NCBI GenBank assembly: GCA_964016885.1
Contig: OZ024757.1
Location: 7,378,001 to 7,442,000, forward strand
DNA length: 64,000 nt
Reading direction: 5' to 3'
Source: Eledone cirrhosa
Lineage: Eukaryota
The notes under the pieces were generated by a model that saw nothing but the letters and a program-made list of their open reading frames with translations, was not told the DNA's origin and did no database searches. Position 1 is the first letter of the stretch, and each line of letters starts with the position of its first letter. The translations under genes were made by a program, and so were the position numbers. This document shows positions 45,901 to 60,700 of this stretch, one piece after another.

Positions 45901-48900
45901 CTACATTATCTAATGTACAGTATAGTGGCTATCAGACATAGTGTACCTAGGACTACATTATCTAATGTACAGTATAGTGACTATCAGACATAGTGTATCT
46001 AAGACTACATTATCTAATGTACAGTATAGTGGCTATCAGACTTAGTGTACCTAGGACTACATTATCTAATCTACAGTATAGTGGCTATCAGACATAGTGT
46101 ATCTAAGACTACATTATCTAATGTACAGTATAGTGGCTATCAGACATAGTGTATCTAGGACTACATTATATAATGTACAGTATAGTGGCTATCAGACATA
46201 GTGTATCTAAGACTACATTATCTAATGTACAGTATAGTGGCTATCAGACGTAGTGTACCTAGGACTACATTATCTAATCTACAGTATAGTGGCTATCAGA
46301 CATAGTGTATCTAAGACTACATTATCTAATCTACAGTATAGTGGCTATCAGACATAGTGTATCTAGGACTACATTATATAATGTACAGTATAGTGGCTAT
46401 CAGACATAGTGTATCTAAGACTACATTATCTAATGTAGAGTATAGTGGCTATCAGACATAGTGTACCTGGGACTACATTATCTGATGTACAGTATAGTGG
46501 CTATCAGATATAGTGTATCTAGGACTACATTATCTAATGTACAGTATAGTGGCTATCAGACGTAGTGTACCTAGGACTACATTATCTAATCTACAGTATA
46601 GTGGCTATCAGACATAGTGTATCTAAGACTACATTCTCTAATGTACAGTATAGTGGCTATCAGACATAGTGTATCTAGGACTACATTATCTAATGTACAG
46701 TATAGTGTCTATCAGACATAGTGTACCTAGGACTACATTATCTAATGTACAGTATAGTGGCTATCAGACATAGTGTACCTAGGACTACATTATCTAATGT
46801 ACAGTATAGTGGCTATCAGACATAGTTTACCTAGGACTACATTATATAATGTACAGTATAGTGGCTATCAAATATAGTGTATCTAGGACTACATTATCTA
46901 ATGTACAGTATAGTGGCTATCAGACATAGTGTACCTAGGGCTACATTATATAACGTACAGTATAGTGGCTATCAGACATAGTGTACCTAGGACTACATTA
47001 TCTCATGTACAGTATAGTGGCTATCAGACATAGTGTACCTAGGGCTACATTATATAACGTACAGTATAGTGGCTATCAGACATAGTGTACCTAGGACTAC
47101 ATTATCTAATGTACAGTATAGTGGCTATCAGACATAGTGTACCTAGGACTACATTATCTAATGTATAGTATAGTGGTTATCAGACATAGTGTACCTAGGA
47201 CTACATTATCTAATGTACAGTATAGTGGCTATCAGACATAGTGTACCTAGGACTACATTATCTAATGTACAGTATAGTGGCTATCAGACATAGTGTACCT
47301 AGGACTTCATTAGCTAATGTACAGTATAGTGGCTATCTGACATAGTGTACCTAGGACTACATTATCTAATGTACAGTATAGTGACTATCAGACATAGTGT
47401 ATCTAGGACTACATTATCTAATCTACAGTATAGTGGCTATCAGACATAGTGTATCTAGGACTACATTATCTAATGTACAGTATAGTGGCTATCAGACGTA
47501 GTGTACCTAGGACTACATTATCTAATCTACAGTATAGTGGCTATCAGACATAGTGTATCTAAGACTACATTATCTAACGTACAGTATAGTGGCTATCAGA
47601 CATAGTGTATCTAGGACTACATCATATAATGTACAGTATAGTGGCTATCAGACATAGTGTACCTAGGACTACATTATCTAATGTACAGTATAGTGGCTAT
47701 CAGATATAGTGTATCTAGGACTACATTATCTAATGTACAGTATAGTGGCTATCAGACGTAGTGTACCTAGGACTACATTATCTAATGTACAGTATAGTGG
47801 CTATCAGACGTAGTGTACCTAGGCCTACATTATATAATGTACAGTATAGTGGCTATCAGATATAGTGTATCTAAGACTACATCATCTAATGTACAGTATA
47901 GTGGCTATCAGACATAGTGTATCTAGGACTACATTATCTAATGTACAGTATAGTGGCTATCAGACGTAGTGTACCTAGGCCTACATTATATAATGTACAG
48001 TATAGTGGCTATCAGATATAGTGTATCTAGGACTACATTATCTAATGTACAGTATAGTGGCTATCAGACATAGTGTATCTAGGACTACATTATCTAATGT
48101 ACAGTATAGTGGCTATCAGATATAGTGTACCTAGACTACATTATGTAATGTACAGTATAGTGGCTATCAGACTTAGTGTACCTAGGACTACATTATCTAA
48201 TCTACAGTATAGTGGCTATCAGACATAGTGTATCTAAGACTACATTATCTAATGTACAGTATAGTGGCTATCAGACATAGTGTATCTAGGACTACATTAT
48301 ATAATGTACAGTATAGTGGCTATCAGACATAGTGTATCTAAGACTACATTATCTAATGTACAGTATAGTGGCTATCAGACGTAGTGTACCTAGGACTACA
48401 TTATCTAATCTACAGTATAGTGGCTATCAGACATAGTGTATCTAAGACTACATTATCTAATCTACAGTATAGTGGCTATCAGACATAGTGTATCTAGGAC
48501 TACATTATATAATGTACAGTATAGTGGCTATCAGACATAGTGTATCTAAGACTACATTATCTAATGTAGAGTATAGTGGCTATCAGACATAGTGTACCTA
48601 GGACTACATTATCTGATGTACAGTATAGTGGCTATCAGATATAGTGTATCTAGGACTACATTATCTAATGTACAGTATAGTGGCTATCAGACGTAGTGTA
48701 CCTAGGACTACATTATCTAATCTACAGTATAGTGGCTATCAGACATAGTGTATCTAAGACTACATTCTCTAATGTACAGTATAGTGGCTATCAGACATAG
48801 TGTATCTAGGACTACATTATCTAATGTACAGTATAGTGTCTATCAGACATAGTGTACCTAGGACTACATTATCTAATGTACAGTATAGTGGCTATCAGAC

Positions 48901-51900
48901 ATAGTGTACCTAGGACTACATTATCTAATGTACAGTATAGTGTATATAGGACTACATTATATAATGTACAGTATAGTGTCTATCAGACATAGTGTACCTC
49001 GGACTACATTATCTAATGTACAGTATAGTGACTATAAAAACAGTGTACCTAGGACTACATTATCTAATGTACAGTATAGTGGCTATCAGACATAGTTTAC
49101 CTAGGACTACATTATATAATGTACAGTATAGTGGCTATCAAATATAGTGTATCTAGGACTACATTATCTAATGTACAGTATAGTGGCTATCAGACATAGT
49201 GTACCTAGGGCTACATTATATAACGTACAGTATAGTGGCTATCAGACATAGTGTACCTAGGACTACATTATCTCATGTACAGTATAGTGGCTATCAGACA
49301 TAGTGTACCTAGGGCTACATTATATAACGTACAGTATAGTGGCTATCAGACATAGTGTACCTAGGACTACATTATCTAATGTACAGTATAGTGGCTATCA
49401 GACATAGTGTACCTAGGACTACATTATCTAATGTATAGTATAGTGGTTATCAGACATAGTGTACCTAGGACTACATTATCTAATGTACAGTATAGTGGCT
49501 ATCAGACATAGTGTACCTAGGACTACATTATCTAATGTACAGTATAGTGGCTATCAGACATAGTGTACCTAGGACTTCATTAGCTAATGTACAGTATAGT
49601 GGCTATCTGACATAGTGTACCTAGGACTACATTATCTAATGTACAGTATAGTGACTATCAGACATAGTGTATCTAGGACTACATTATCTAATCTACAGTA
49701 TAGTGGCTATCAGACATAGTGTACCTAGGACTACATTATCTAATGTACAGTATAGTGGCTATCAGACATAGTGTACCTAGGACTACATTATCTAATGTAC
49801 AGTATAGTGGCTATCAGACATAGTGTACCTAGGACTACATTATCTAATGTACAGTATAGTGACTATCAGACATAGTGTATCTATGACTACATTATCTAAT
49901 GTACAGTATAGTGGCTATCAGACATAGTGTACCTAGGACTACATTATCTAATCTACAGTATAGTGGCTATCAGACATAGTGTATCTAAGACTACATTGTC
50001 TAATCTACAGTATAGTGGCTATCAGACATAGTGTATCTAGGAATACATTATATAATGTACAGTATAGTGGCTATCAGACATAGTGTATCTAAGACTACAT
50101 TATCTAATGTACAGTATAGTGGCTATCAGACGTAGTGTACCTAGGACTACATTATCTAATCTACAGTATAGTGGCTATCAGACATAGTGTATCTAAGACT
50201 ACATTATCTAATCTACAGTATAGTGGCTATCAGACATAGTGTATCTAGGACTACATTATATAATGTACAGTATAGTGGCTATCAGACATAGTGTATCTAA
50301 GACTACATTATCTAATGTACAGTATAGTGGCTATCAGACATAGTGTACCTAGGACTACATTATCTAATGTACAGTATAGTGGCTATCAGATATAGTGTAT
50401 CTAGGACTACATTATCTAATGTACAGTATAGTGGCTATCAGACGTAGTGTACCTAGGACTACATTATCTAATCTACAGTATAGTGGCTATCAGACATAGT
50501 GTATCTAAGACTACATTATCTAATGTACAGTATAGTGGCTATCAGACATAGTGTATCTAGGACTACATTATCTAATGTACAGTATAGTGTCTATCAGACA
50601 TAGTGTATCTAGGACTACATTATCTAATGTACAGTATAGTGGCTATCAGACATAGTGTATCTATGACTACATTATATAATGTACAGTATAGTGGCTATCA
50701 AACATAGTGTATCTAAGACTACATTATCTAATGTACAGTATAGTGGCTATCAAACATAGTGTACCTAGGACTACATAATCTAATGTACAGTATAGTGGCT
50801 ATCAGACATAGTGTACCTAGGACTACATTATATAATGTACAGTATAGTAGCTATCAGACATAGTGTACCTAGGACTACATTATCTAATGTACAGTATAGT
50901 GGCTATCAGACATAGTGTATCTAGGACTACATTATCTAATGTACAGTATAGTGGCTATCAGACATAGTGTACCTAGGACTACATTGTATAATGTACAGTA
51001 TAGTGGCTATCAGACATAGTGTATCTAGGACTACATTATCTAATGTACAGTATAGTGGCTATCAGACATAGTGTACCTAGGACTACATTATCTAATGTAC
51101 AGTATAGTGGCTATCAGACAGTGTACTTAGGACTACATTATCTAATGTACAGTATAGTAGCTATCAGACATAGTGTACTTAGGACTACATTATCTAATGT
51201 ACAGTATAGTGTCTATCAGACATAGTGTACCTAGGACTACATTATATAATGTACAGTATAGTGGCTTTCAGACATAGTGTATCTAGGACTACATTATCTA
51301 ATGTACAGTATAGTGGCTATCAGATATAGTGTACCTAGGACTACATTATCTAATGTACAGTATAGTGGCTATCAGACATAGTGTACCTAGGACTACATTA
51401 TCTAATGTACAGTATAGTGGCTATCAGATATAGTGTACCTAGGACTACATTATCTAATGTACAGTATAGTGGCTATCAGACATAGTGTACCTAGGACTAC
51501 ATTATCTAATGTACAGTATAGTGGCTATCAGACATACTGTATATAGGACTACATTATATAATGTACAGTATAGTGTCTATCAGACATAGTGTACCTCGGA
51601 CTACATTATCTAATGTACAGTATAGTGGCTATAAAAACAGTGTACCTAGGACTACATTATCTAATGTACAGTATAGTGGCTATCAGACATAGTGTACCTA
51701 GGACTACATTATCTAATGTACAGTATAGTGGCTATCAGACATAGTGTACCTAGGACTACATTATATAATGTACAGTATAGTGGCTATCAAATATAGTGTA
51801 TCTAGGACTACATTATCTAATGTACAGTATAGTGGCTATCAGACATAGTGTATCTAGGACTACATTATCTAATGTACAGTATAGTGGCTATCAGACATAG

Positions 51901-54230
51901 TGTACCTAGGACTACATTATCTAATGTACAGTATAGTGGCTATCAGACAGTGTACTTAGGACTACATTATCTAATGTACAGTATAGTGGCTATCAGACAT
52001 AGTGTATCTAGGACTACATTATCTAATGTACAGTATAGTGTCTATCAGACATAGTGTATCTAGGACTACATTATCTAATGTACAGTATAGTGGCTATCAG
52101 ACATAGTGTACCTAGGACTACATTATCTAATGTACAGTATAGTGGCTATCAGATATAGTGTACCTAGGACTACATTATCTAATGTACAGTATACTGGCTA
52201 TCAGACATAGTGTACCTAAGACTACATTATCTAATGTACAGTATAGTGGCTATCAGACATAGTGTATCTAGGCCTACATTATCTAATGTACAGTATAGTG
52301 GCTATCAGATATAGTGTACCTAGACTACATTATGTAATGTACAGTATAGTGGCTATCAGACATAGTGTACCTAGGACTACATTATCTAATGTACAGTATA
52401 GTGGCTATCAGATATAGTGTACATAGACTACATTATGTAATGTACAGTATAGTGTCTATCAGACAGAGTGTACCTAGGACTACATTATCTAATGTACAGT
52501 ATAGTGGCTATCAGACATAGTGTATCTAGGACTACATTATCTAATGTACAGTATAGTGTCTATCAGACATAGTGTATCTAGGACTACATTATCTAATGTA
52601 CAGTATAGTGGCTATCAGACATAGTGTACCTAGGACTACATTATCTAATGTACAGTATAGTGGCTATCAGATATAGTGTACCTAGGACTACATTATCTAA
52701 TGTACAGTATACTGGCTATCAGACATAGTGTACCTAAGACTACATTATCTAATGTACAGTATAGTGGCTATCAGACATAGTGTATCTAGGACTACATTAT
52801 CTAATGTACAGTATAGTGGCTATCAGACATAGTGTACCTAGGACTACATTATCTAATGTACAGTATAGTGGCTATCAGACATAGTGTACTTAGGACTACA
52901 TTATCTAATGTACAGTATAGTAGCTATCAGACACAGTGTACTTAGGACTACATTATCTAATGTACAGTATAGTGTCTATCAGACATAGTGTACCTAGGAC
53001 TACATTATATAATGTACAGTATAGTGGCAATCAGACATAGTGTACCTAGGACTACATTATCTAATGTACAGTATAGTGGCTATCAGACATAGTGTATCTA
53101 GGACTACATTATCTAATGTACAGTATAGTGGCTATCAGATATAGTGTATCTAGGACTACATTATCTAATGTACAGTATAGTGTCTATCAGATATAGTGTA
53201 CCTAGGACTACATTATCTAATGTACAGTATAGTGGCTATCAGACATAGTGTACCTAGGACTACATTATCTAATGTACAGTATAGTGGCTATCAGACATAG
53301 TGTATATAGGACTACATTATATAATGTACAGTATAGTGTCTATCAGACATAGTGTACCTCGGACTACATTATCTAATGTACAGTATAGTGGCTATAAAAA
53401 CAGTGTACCTAGGACTACATTATCTAATGTACAGTATAGTGGCTATCAGACATAGTGTACCTAGGACTACATTATCTAATGTACAGTATAGTGGCTATCA
53501 GACATAGTGTACCTAGGACTACATTATCTAATGTATAGTATAGTGGTTATCAGACATAGTGTACATAGGACTACATTATCTAATGTACAGTATAGTGGCT
53601 ATCAGACATAGTGTATCTAGGACTACATTATCTAATGTATAGTATAGTGGCTATCAGACATAGTGTACCTAGGACTACATTATATAATGTACAGTATAGT
53701 GGCTATCAGACATAGTGTACCTAGGACTACATTATCTAATGTACAGTATAGTGGCTATCAGACATAGTGTACCTAGGACTACATTATCTAATGTATAGTA
53801 TAGTGGTTATCAGACATAGTGTACCTAGGACTACATTATCTAATGTACAGTATAGTGGCTATCAGACATAGTGTATCTAGGACTACATTATCTAATGTAT
53901 AGTATAGTGGCTATCAGACATAGTGTACCTAGGACTACATTATATAATGTACAGTATAGTGGCTATCAGACATAGTGTACCTAGGACTACATTATCTAAT
54001 GTACAGTATAGTGGCTATCAGACATAGTGTACCTAGGACTCCATTATATAATGTACAGTATGGTGGCTATCAAACATAGTGTACCTAGGACTACATTATC
54101 TAATGTACAGTATAGTGGCTATCAGACATAGTGTACCTAGGACTACATTATCTAATGTACAGTATAGTGACTATCAGACATAGTGTATCTAGGACTACAT
54201 TATCTAATCTACAGTATAGTGGCTATCAGA
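39998..54230. repeat. Large near-identical segmental duplication, copy 2 (~14.2 kb, with 10 extra monomers)
   Basis: Same ordered markers as 24120-37830. The offset rises by 520 bp (10 x 52) at ~50.4-50.9 kb. The match ends near 54231, where 37833 reads GACATAGTGTACATAGG and 54231 reads GATATAGTGTACCTAGG. Confidence 0.9.
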
Positions 54231-54759
54231 TATAGTGTACCTAGGACTACATTATCTAATGTACAGTATAGTGGCTATCAGACATAGTGTACCTAGGACT
54301 ACATTATCTAATGTACAGTATAGTGGCTATCAGACATACTGTATATAGGACTACATTATATAATGTACAGTATAGTGTCTATCAGACATAGTGTACCTCG
54401 GACTACCTATCAGATATAGTGTATCTAGGACTACATTATCTAATGTACAGTATAGTGGCTATCAGACGTAGTGTACCTAGGACTACATTATCTAATCTAC
54501 AGTATAGTGGCTATCAGACATAGTGTATCTAAGACTACATCATCTAATGTACAGTATAGTGGCTATCAGACATAGTGTATCTAGGACTACATTATCTAAT
54601 GTACAGTATAGTGGCTATCAGATGTAGTGTACCTAGGCCTACATTATATAATGTACAGTATAGTGGCTATCTGATATAGTGTATCTAGGACTACATTATC
54701 TAATGTACAGTATAGTGGCTATCAGACATAGTGTACCTAGGACTACATTATCTAATGTA

Positions 54760-57700
54760 CAGTATAGTGGCTATCAGATATAGTGTACCTAGACTACATT
54801 ATGTAATGTACAGTATAGTGGCTATCAGACATAGTGTACCTAGGACTACATTATCTAATGTACAGTATAGTGGCTATCAGATATAGTGTACATAGACTAC
54901 ATTATGTAATGTACAGTATAGTGTCTATCAGACAGAGTGTACCTAGGACTACATTATCTAATGTACAGTATAGTGGCTATCAGACATAGTGTATCTAGGA
55001 CTACATTATCTAATGTACAGTATAGTGTCTATCAGACATAGTGTATCTAGGACTACATTATCTAATGTACAGTATAGTGGCTATCAGACATAGTGTACCT
55101 AGGACTACATTATCTAATGTACAGTATAGTGGCTATCAGATATAGTGTACCTAGGACTACATTATCTAATGTACAGTATACTGGCTATCAGACATAGTGT
55201 ACCTAAGACTACATTATCTAATGTACAGTATAGTGGCTATCAGACATAGTGTATCTAGGACTACATTATCTAATGTACAGTATAGTGGCTATCAGACATA
55301 GTGTACCTAGGACTACATTATCTAATGTACAGTATAGTGGCTATCAGACATAGTGTACTTAGGACTACATTATCTAATGTACAGTATAGTAGCTATCAGA
55401 CATAGTGTACTTAGGACTACATTATCTAATGTACAGTATAGTGTCTATCAGACATAGTGTACCTAGGACTACATTATATAATGTACAGTATAGTGGCTAT
55501 CAGACATAGTGTACCTAGGACTACATTATCTAATGTACAGTATAGTGGCTATCAGACATAGTGTATCTAGGACTACATTATCTAATGTACAGTATAGTGG
55601 CTATCAGATATAGTGTATCTAGGACTACATTATCTAATGTACAGTATAGTGTCTATCAGATATAGTGTACCTAGGACTACATTATCTAATGTACAGTATA
55701 GTGGCTATCAGACATAGTGTACCTAGGACTACATTATCTAATGTACAGTATAGTGGCTATCAGACATAGTGTATATAGGACTACATTATATAATGTACAG
55801 TATAGTGTCTATCAGACATAGTGTACCTCGGACTACATTATCTAATGTATAGTATAGTGGCTATCAGACATAGTGTACCTAGGACTACATTATATAATGT
55901 ACAGTATAGTGTCTATCAGACATAGTGTACCTAGGACTACATTATCTAATGTACAGTATAGTGGCTATCAGACATAGTGTACCTAGGACTACATTATCTA
56001 ATGTATAGTATAGTGGTTATCAGACATAGTGTACCTAGGACTACATTATCTAATGTACAGTATAGTGGCTATCAGACATAGTGTATCTAGGACTACATTA
56101 TCTAATGTATAGTATAGTGGCTATCAGACATAGTGTACCTAGGACTACATTATATAATGTACAGTATAGTGGCTATCAGACATAGTGTACCTAGGACTAC
56201 ATTATCTAATGTACAGTATAGTGGCTATCAGACATAGTGTACCTAGGACTCCATTATATAATGTAAAGTATGGTGGCTATCAAACATAGTGTACCTAGGA
56301 CTACATTATCTAATGTACAGTATAGTGGCTATCAGACATAGTGTACCTAGGACTACATTATCTAATGTACAGTATAGTGGCTATCTGACATAGTGTACCT
56401 AGGACTACATTATCTAATGTACAGTATAGTGACTATCAGACATAGTGTATCTAGGACTACATTATCTAATCTACAGTATAGTGGCTATCAGACATAGTGT
56501 ACCTAGGACTACATTATCTAATGTACAGTATAGTGGCTATCAGACATAGTGTACCTAGGACTACATTATCTAATGTAGTGTATCTAAGACTACATTGTCT
56601 AATGTACAGTATAGTGGCTATCAGACGTAGTGTACCTAGGACTACATTATCTAATCTACAGTATAGTGGCTATCAGACAGTGTATCTAAGACTACATTAT
56701 CTAACGTACAGTATAGTGGCTATCAGACATAGTGTATCTAGGACTACATCATATAATGTACAGTATAGTGGCTATCAGACATAGTGTATCTAAGACTACA
56801 TTACCTAATGTACAGTATAGTGGCTATCAGACATAGTGTACCTAGGACTACATTATCTAATGTACAGTATAGTGGCTATCAGATATAGTGTATCTAGGAC
56901 TACATTATCTAATGTACAGTATAGTGGCTATCAGACGTAGTGTACCTAGGACTACATTATCTAATCTACAGTATAGTGTCTATCAGACATAGGGTATCTA
57001 AGACTACATTATCTAATGTACAGTATAGTGGCTATCAGACATAGTGTATCTAGGACTACATTATCTAATGTACAGTATAGTGGCTATCAGACATAGTGTA
57101 CCTAGGACTACATTGTATAATGTACAGTATAGTGGTTATCAGACATAGTGTATCTAGGACTACATTATCTAATGTACAGTATACTGGCTATCAGACATAG
57201 TGTACCTAGGACTACATTATCTAATGTACAGTATAGTGGCTATCAAATATAGTGTATCTAGGACTACATTATCTAATCTACAGTATAGTGGCTATCAGAC
57301 ATAGTGTATCTAAGACTACATTATCTAATGTACAGTATAGTGGCTATCAGACATAGTGTATCTAGGACTACATTATCTAATGTACAGTATAGTGTCTATC
57401 AGACATAGTGTACCTAGGACTACATTATCTAATGTACAGTATAGTGGCTATCAGACATAGTGTACCTAGGACTACATTATATAATGTACAGTATAGTGGC
57501 TATCAGATATAGTGTATCTAGGACTACATTATCTAATGTACAGTATAGTGGCTATCAGACATAGTGTATCTAGGCCTACATTATCTAATGTACAGTATAG
57601 TGGCTATCAGATATAGTGTAACTAGACTACATTATGTAATGTACAGTATAGTGGCTATCAGACATAGTGTACCTAGGACTACATTATCTAATGTACAGTA

Positions 57701-60700
57701 TAGTGGCTATCAGATATAGTGTACCTAGACTACATTATGTAATGTACAGTATAGTAGCTATCAGATATAGTGTACCTAGACTACATTATGTAATGTACAG
57801 TATAGTGGCTATCAGACATAGTGTACATAGACTACATTATGTAATGTACAGTATAGTGTCTATCAGACAGAGTGTACCTAGGACTACATTATCTAATGTA
57901 CAGTATAGTGGCTATCAGACATAGTGTACTTAGGACTACATTATCTAATGTACAGTATAGTGGCTATCAGACATAGTGTATCTAGGACTACATTATCTAA
58001 TGTACAGTATAGTGGCTATCAGACATAGTGTACCTAGGACTACATTATATAATGTACAGTATAGTGGCTATCAGACATAGTGTACCTAGGACTACATTAT
58101 CTAATGTACAGTATAGTGGCTATCAGACATAGTGTATCTAGGACTACATTATCTAATGTACAGTATAGTGTCTATCAGACATAGTGTACCTAGGACTACA
58201 TTATATAATGTACAGTATAGTGGCTATCAGACATAGTGTACCTAGGACTACATTATCTAATGTACAGTATAGTGGCTATCAGACATAGTGTATCTAGGAC
58301 TACATTATCTAATGTACAGTATAGTGGCTATCAGATATAGTGTATCTAGGACTACATTATCTAATGTACAGTATAGTGTCTATCAGATATAGTGTACCTA
58401 GGACTACATTATCTAATGTACAGTATAGTGGCTATCAGACATAGTGTACCTAGGACTACATTATCTAATGTACAGTATAGTGGCTATCAGACATAGTGTA
58501 TATAGGACTACATTATATAATGTACAGTATAGTGTCTATCAGACATAGTGTACCTCGGACTACATTATCTAATGTACAGTATAGTGGCTATAAAAACAGT
58601 GTACCTAGGACTACATTATCTAATGTACAGTATAGTGGCTATCAGACATAGTGTACCTAGGACTACATTATCTAATGTACAGTATAGTGGCTATCAGACA
58701 TAGTGTACCTAGGACTACATTATCTAATGTATAGTATAGTGGTTATCAGACATAGTGTACATAGGACTACATTATCTAATGTACAGTATAGTGGCTATCA
58801 GACATAGTGTATCTAGGACTACATTATCTAATGTACAGTATAGTGGCTATCAGACATAGTGTACCTAGGACTACATTGTATAATGTACAGTATAGTGGTT
58901 ATCAGACATAGTGTATCTAGGACTACATTATCTAATGTACAGTATACTGGCTATCAGACATAGTGTACCTAGGACTACATTATCTAATGTACAGTATAGT
59001 GGCTATCAAATATAGTGTATCTAGGACTACATTATCTAATCTACAGTATAGTGGCTATCAGACATAGTGTATCTAAGACTACATTATCTAATGTACAGTA
59101 TAGTGGCTATCAGACATAGTGTATCTAGGACTACATTATCTAATGTACAGTATAGTGTCTATCAGACATAGTGTACCTAGGACTACATTATCTAATGTAC
59201 AGTATAGTGGCTATCAGACATAGTGTACCTAGGACTACATTATATAATGTACAGTATAGTGGCTATCAGATATAGTGTATCTAGGACTACATTATCTAAT
59301 GTACAGTATAGTGGCTATCAGACATAGTGTATCTAGGCCTACATTATCTAATGTACAGTATAGTGGCTATCAGATATAGTGTAACTAGACTACATTATGT
59401 AATGTACAGTATAGTGGCTATCAGACATAGTGTACCTAGGACTACATTATCTAATGTACAGTATAGTGGCTATCAGATATAGTGTACCTAGACTACATTA
59501 TGTAATGTACAGTATAGTAGCTATCAGATATAGTGTACCTAGACTACATTATGTAATGTACAGTATAGTGGCTATCAGACATAGTGTACATAGACTACAT
59601 TATGTAATGTACAGTATAGTGTCTATCAGACAGAGTGTACCTAGGACTACATTATCTAATGTACAGTATAGTGGCTATCAGACATAGTGTACTTAGGACT
59701 ACATTATCTAATGTACAGTATAGTGGCTATCAGACATAGTGTATCTAGGACTACATTATCTAATGTACAGTATAGTGGCTATCAGACATAGTGTACCTAG
59801 GACTACATTATATAATGTACAGTATAGTGGCTATCAGACATAGTGTACCTAGGACTACATTATCTAATGTACAGTATAGTGGCTATCAGACATAGTGTAT
59901 CTAGGACTACATTATCTAATGTACAGTATAGTGTCTATCAGACATAGTGTACCTAGGACTACATTATATAATGTACAGTATAGTGGCTATCAGACATAGT
60001 GTACCTAGGACTACATTATCTAATGTACAGTATAGTGGCTATCAGACATAGTGTATCTAGGACTACATTATCTAATGTACAGTATAGTGGCTATCAGATA
60101 TAGTGTATCTAGGACTACATTATCTAATGTACAGTATAGTGTCTATCAGATATAGTGTACCTAGGACTACATTATCTAATGTACAGTATAGTGGCTATCA
60201 GACATAGTGTACCTAGGACTACATTATCTAATGTACAGTATAGTGGCTATCAGACATAGTGTATATAGGACTACATTATATAATGTACAGTATAGTGTCT
60301 ATCAGACATAGTGTACCTCGGACTACATTATCTAATGTACAGTATAGTGGCTATAAAAACAGTGTACCTAGGACTACATTATCTAATGTACAGTATAGTG
60401 GCTATCAGACATAGTGTACCTAGGACTACATTATCTAATGTACAGTATAGTGGCTATCAGACATAGTGTACCTAGGACTACATTATCTAATGTATAGTAT
60501 AGTGGTTATCAGACATAGTGTACATAGGACTACATTATCTAATGTACAGTATAGTGGCTATCAGACATAGTGTATCTAGGACTACATTATCTAATGTATA
60601 GTATAGTGGCTATCAGACATAGTGTATCTAGGACTACATTATCTAATCTACAGTATAGTGGCTATCAGACATAGTGTACCTAGGACTACATTATCTAATG

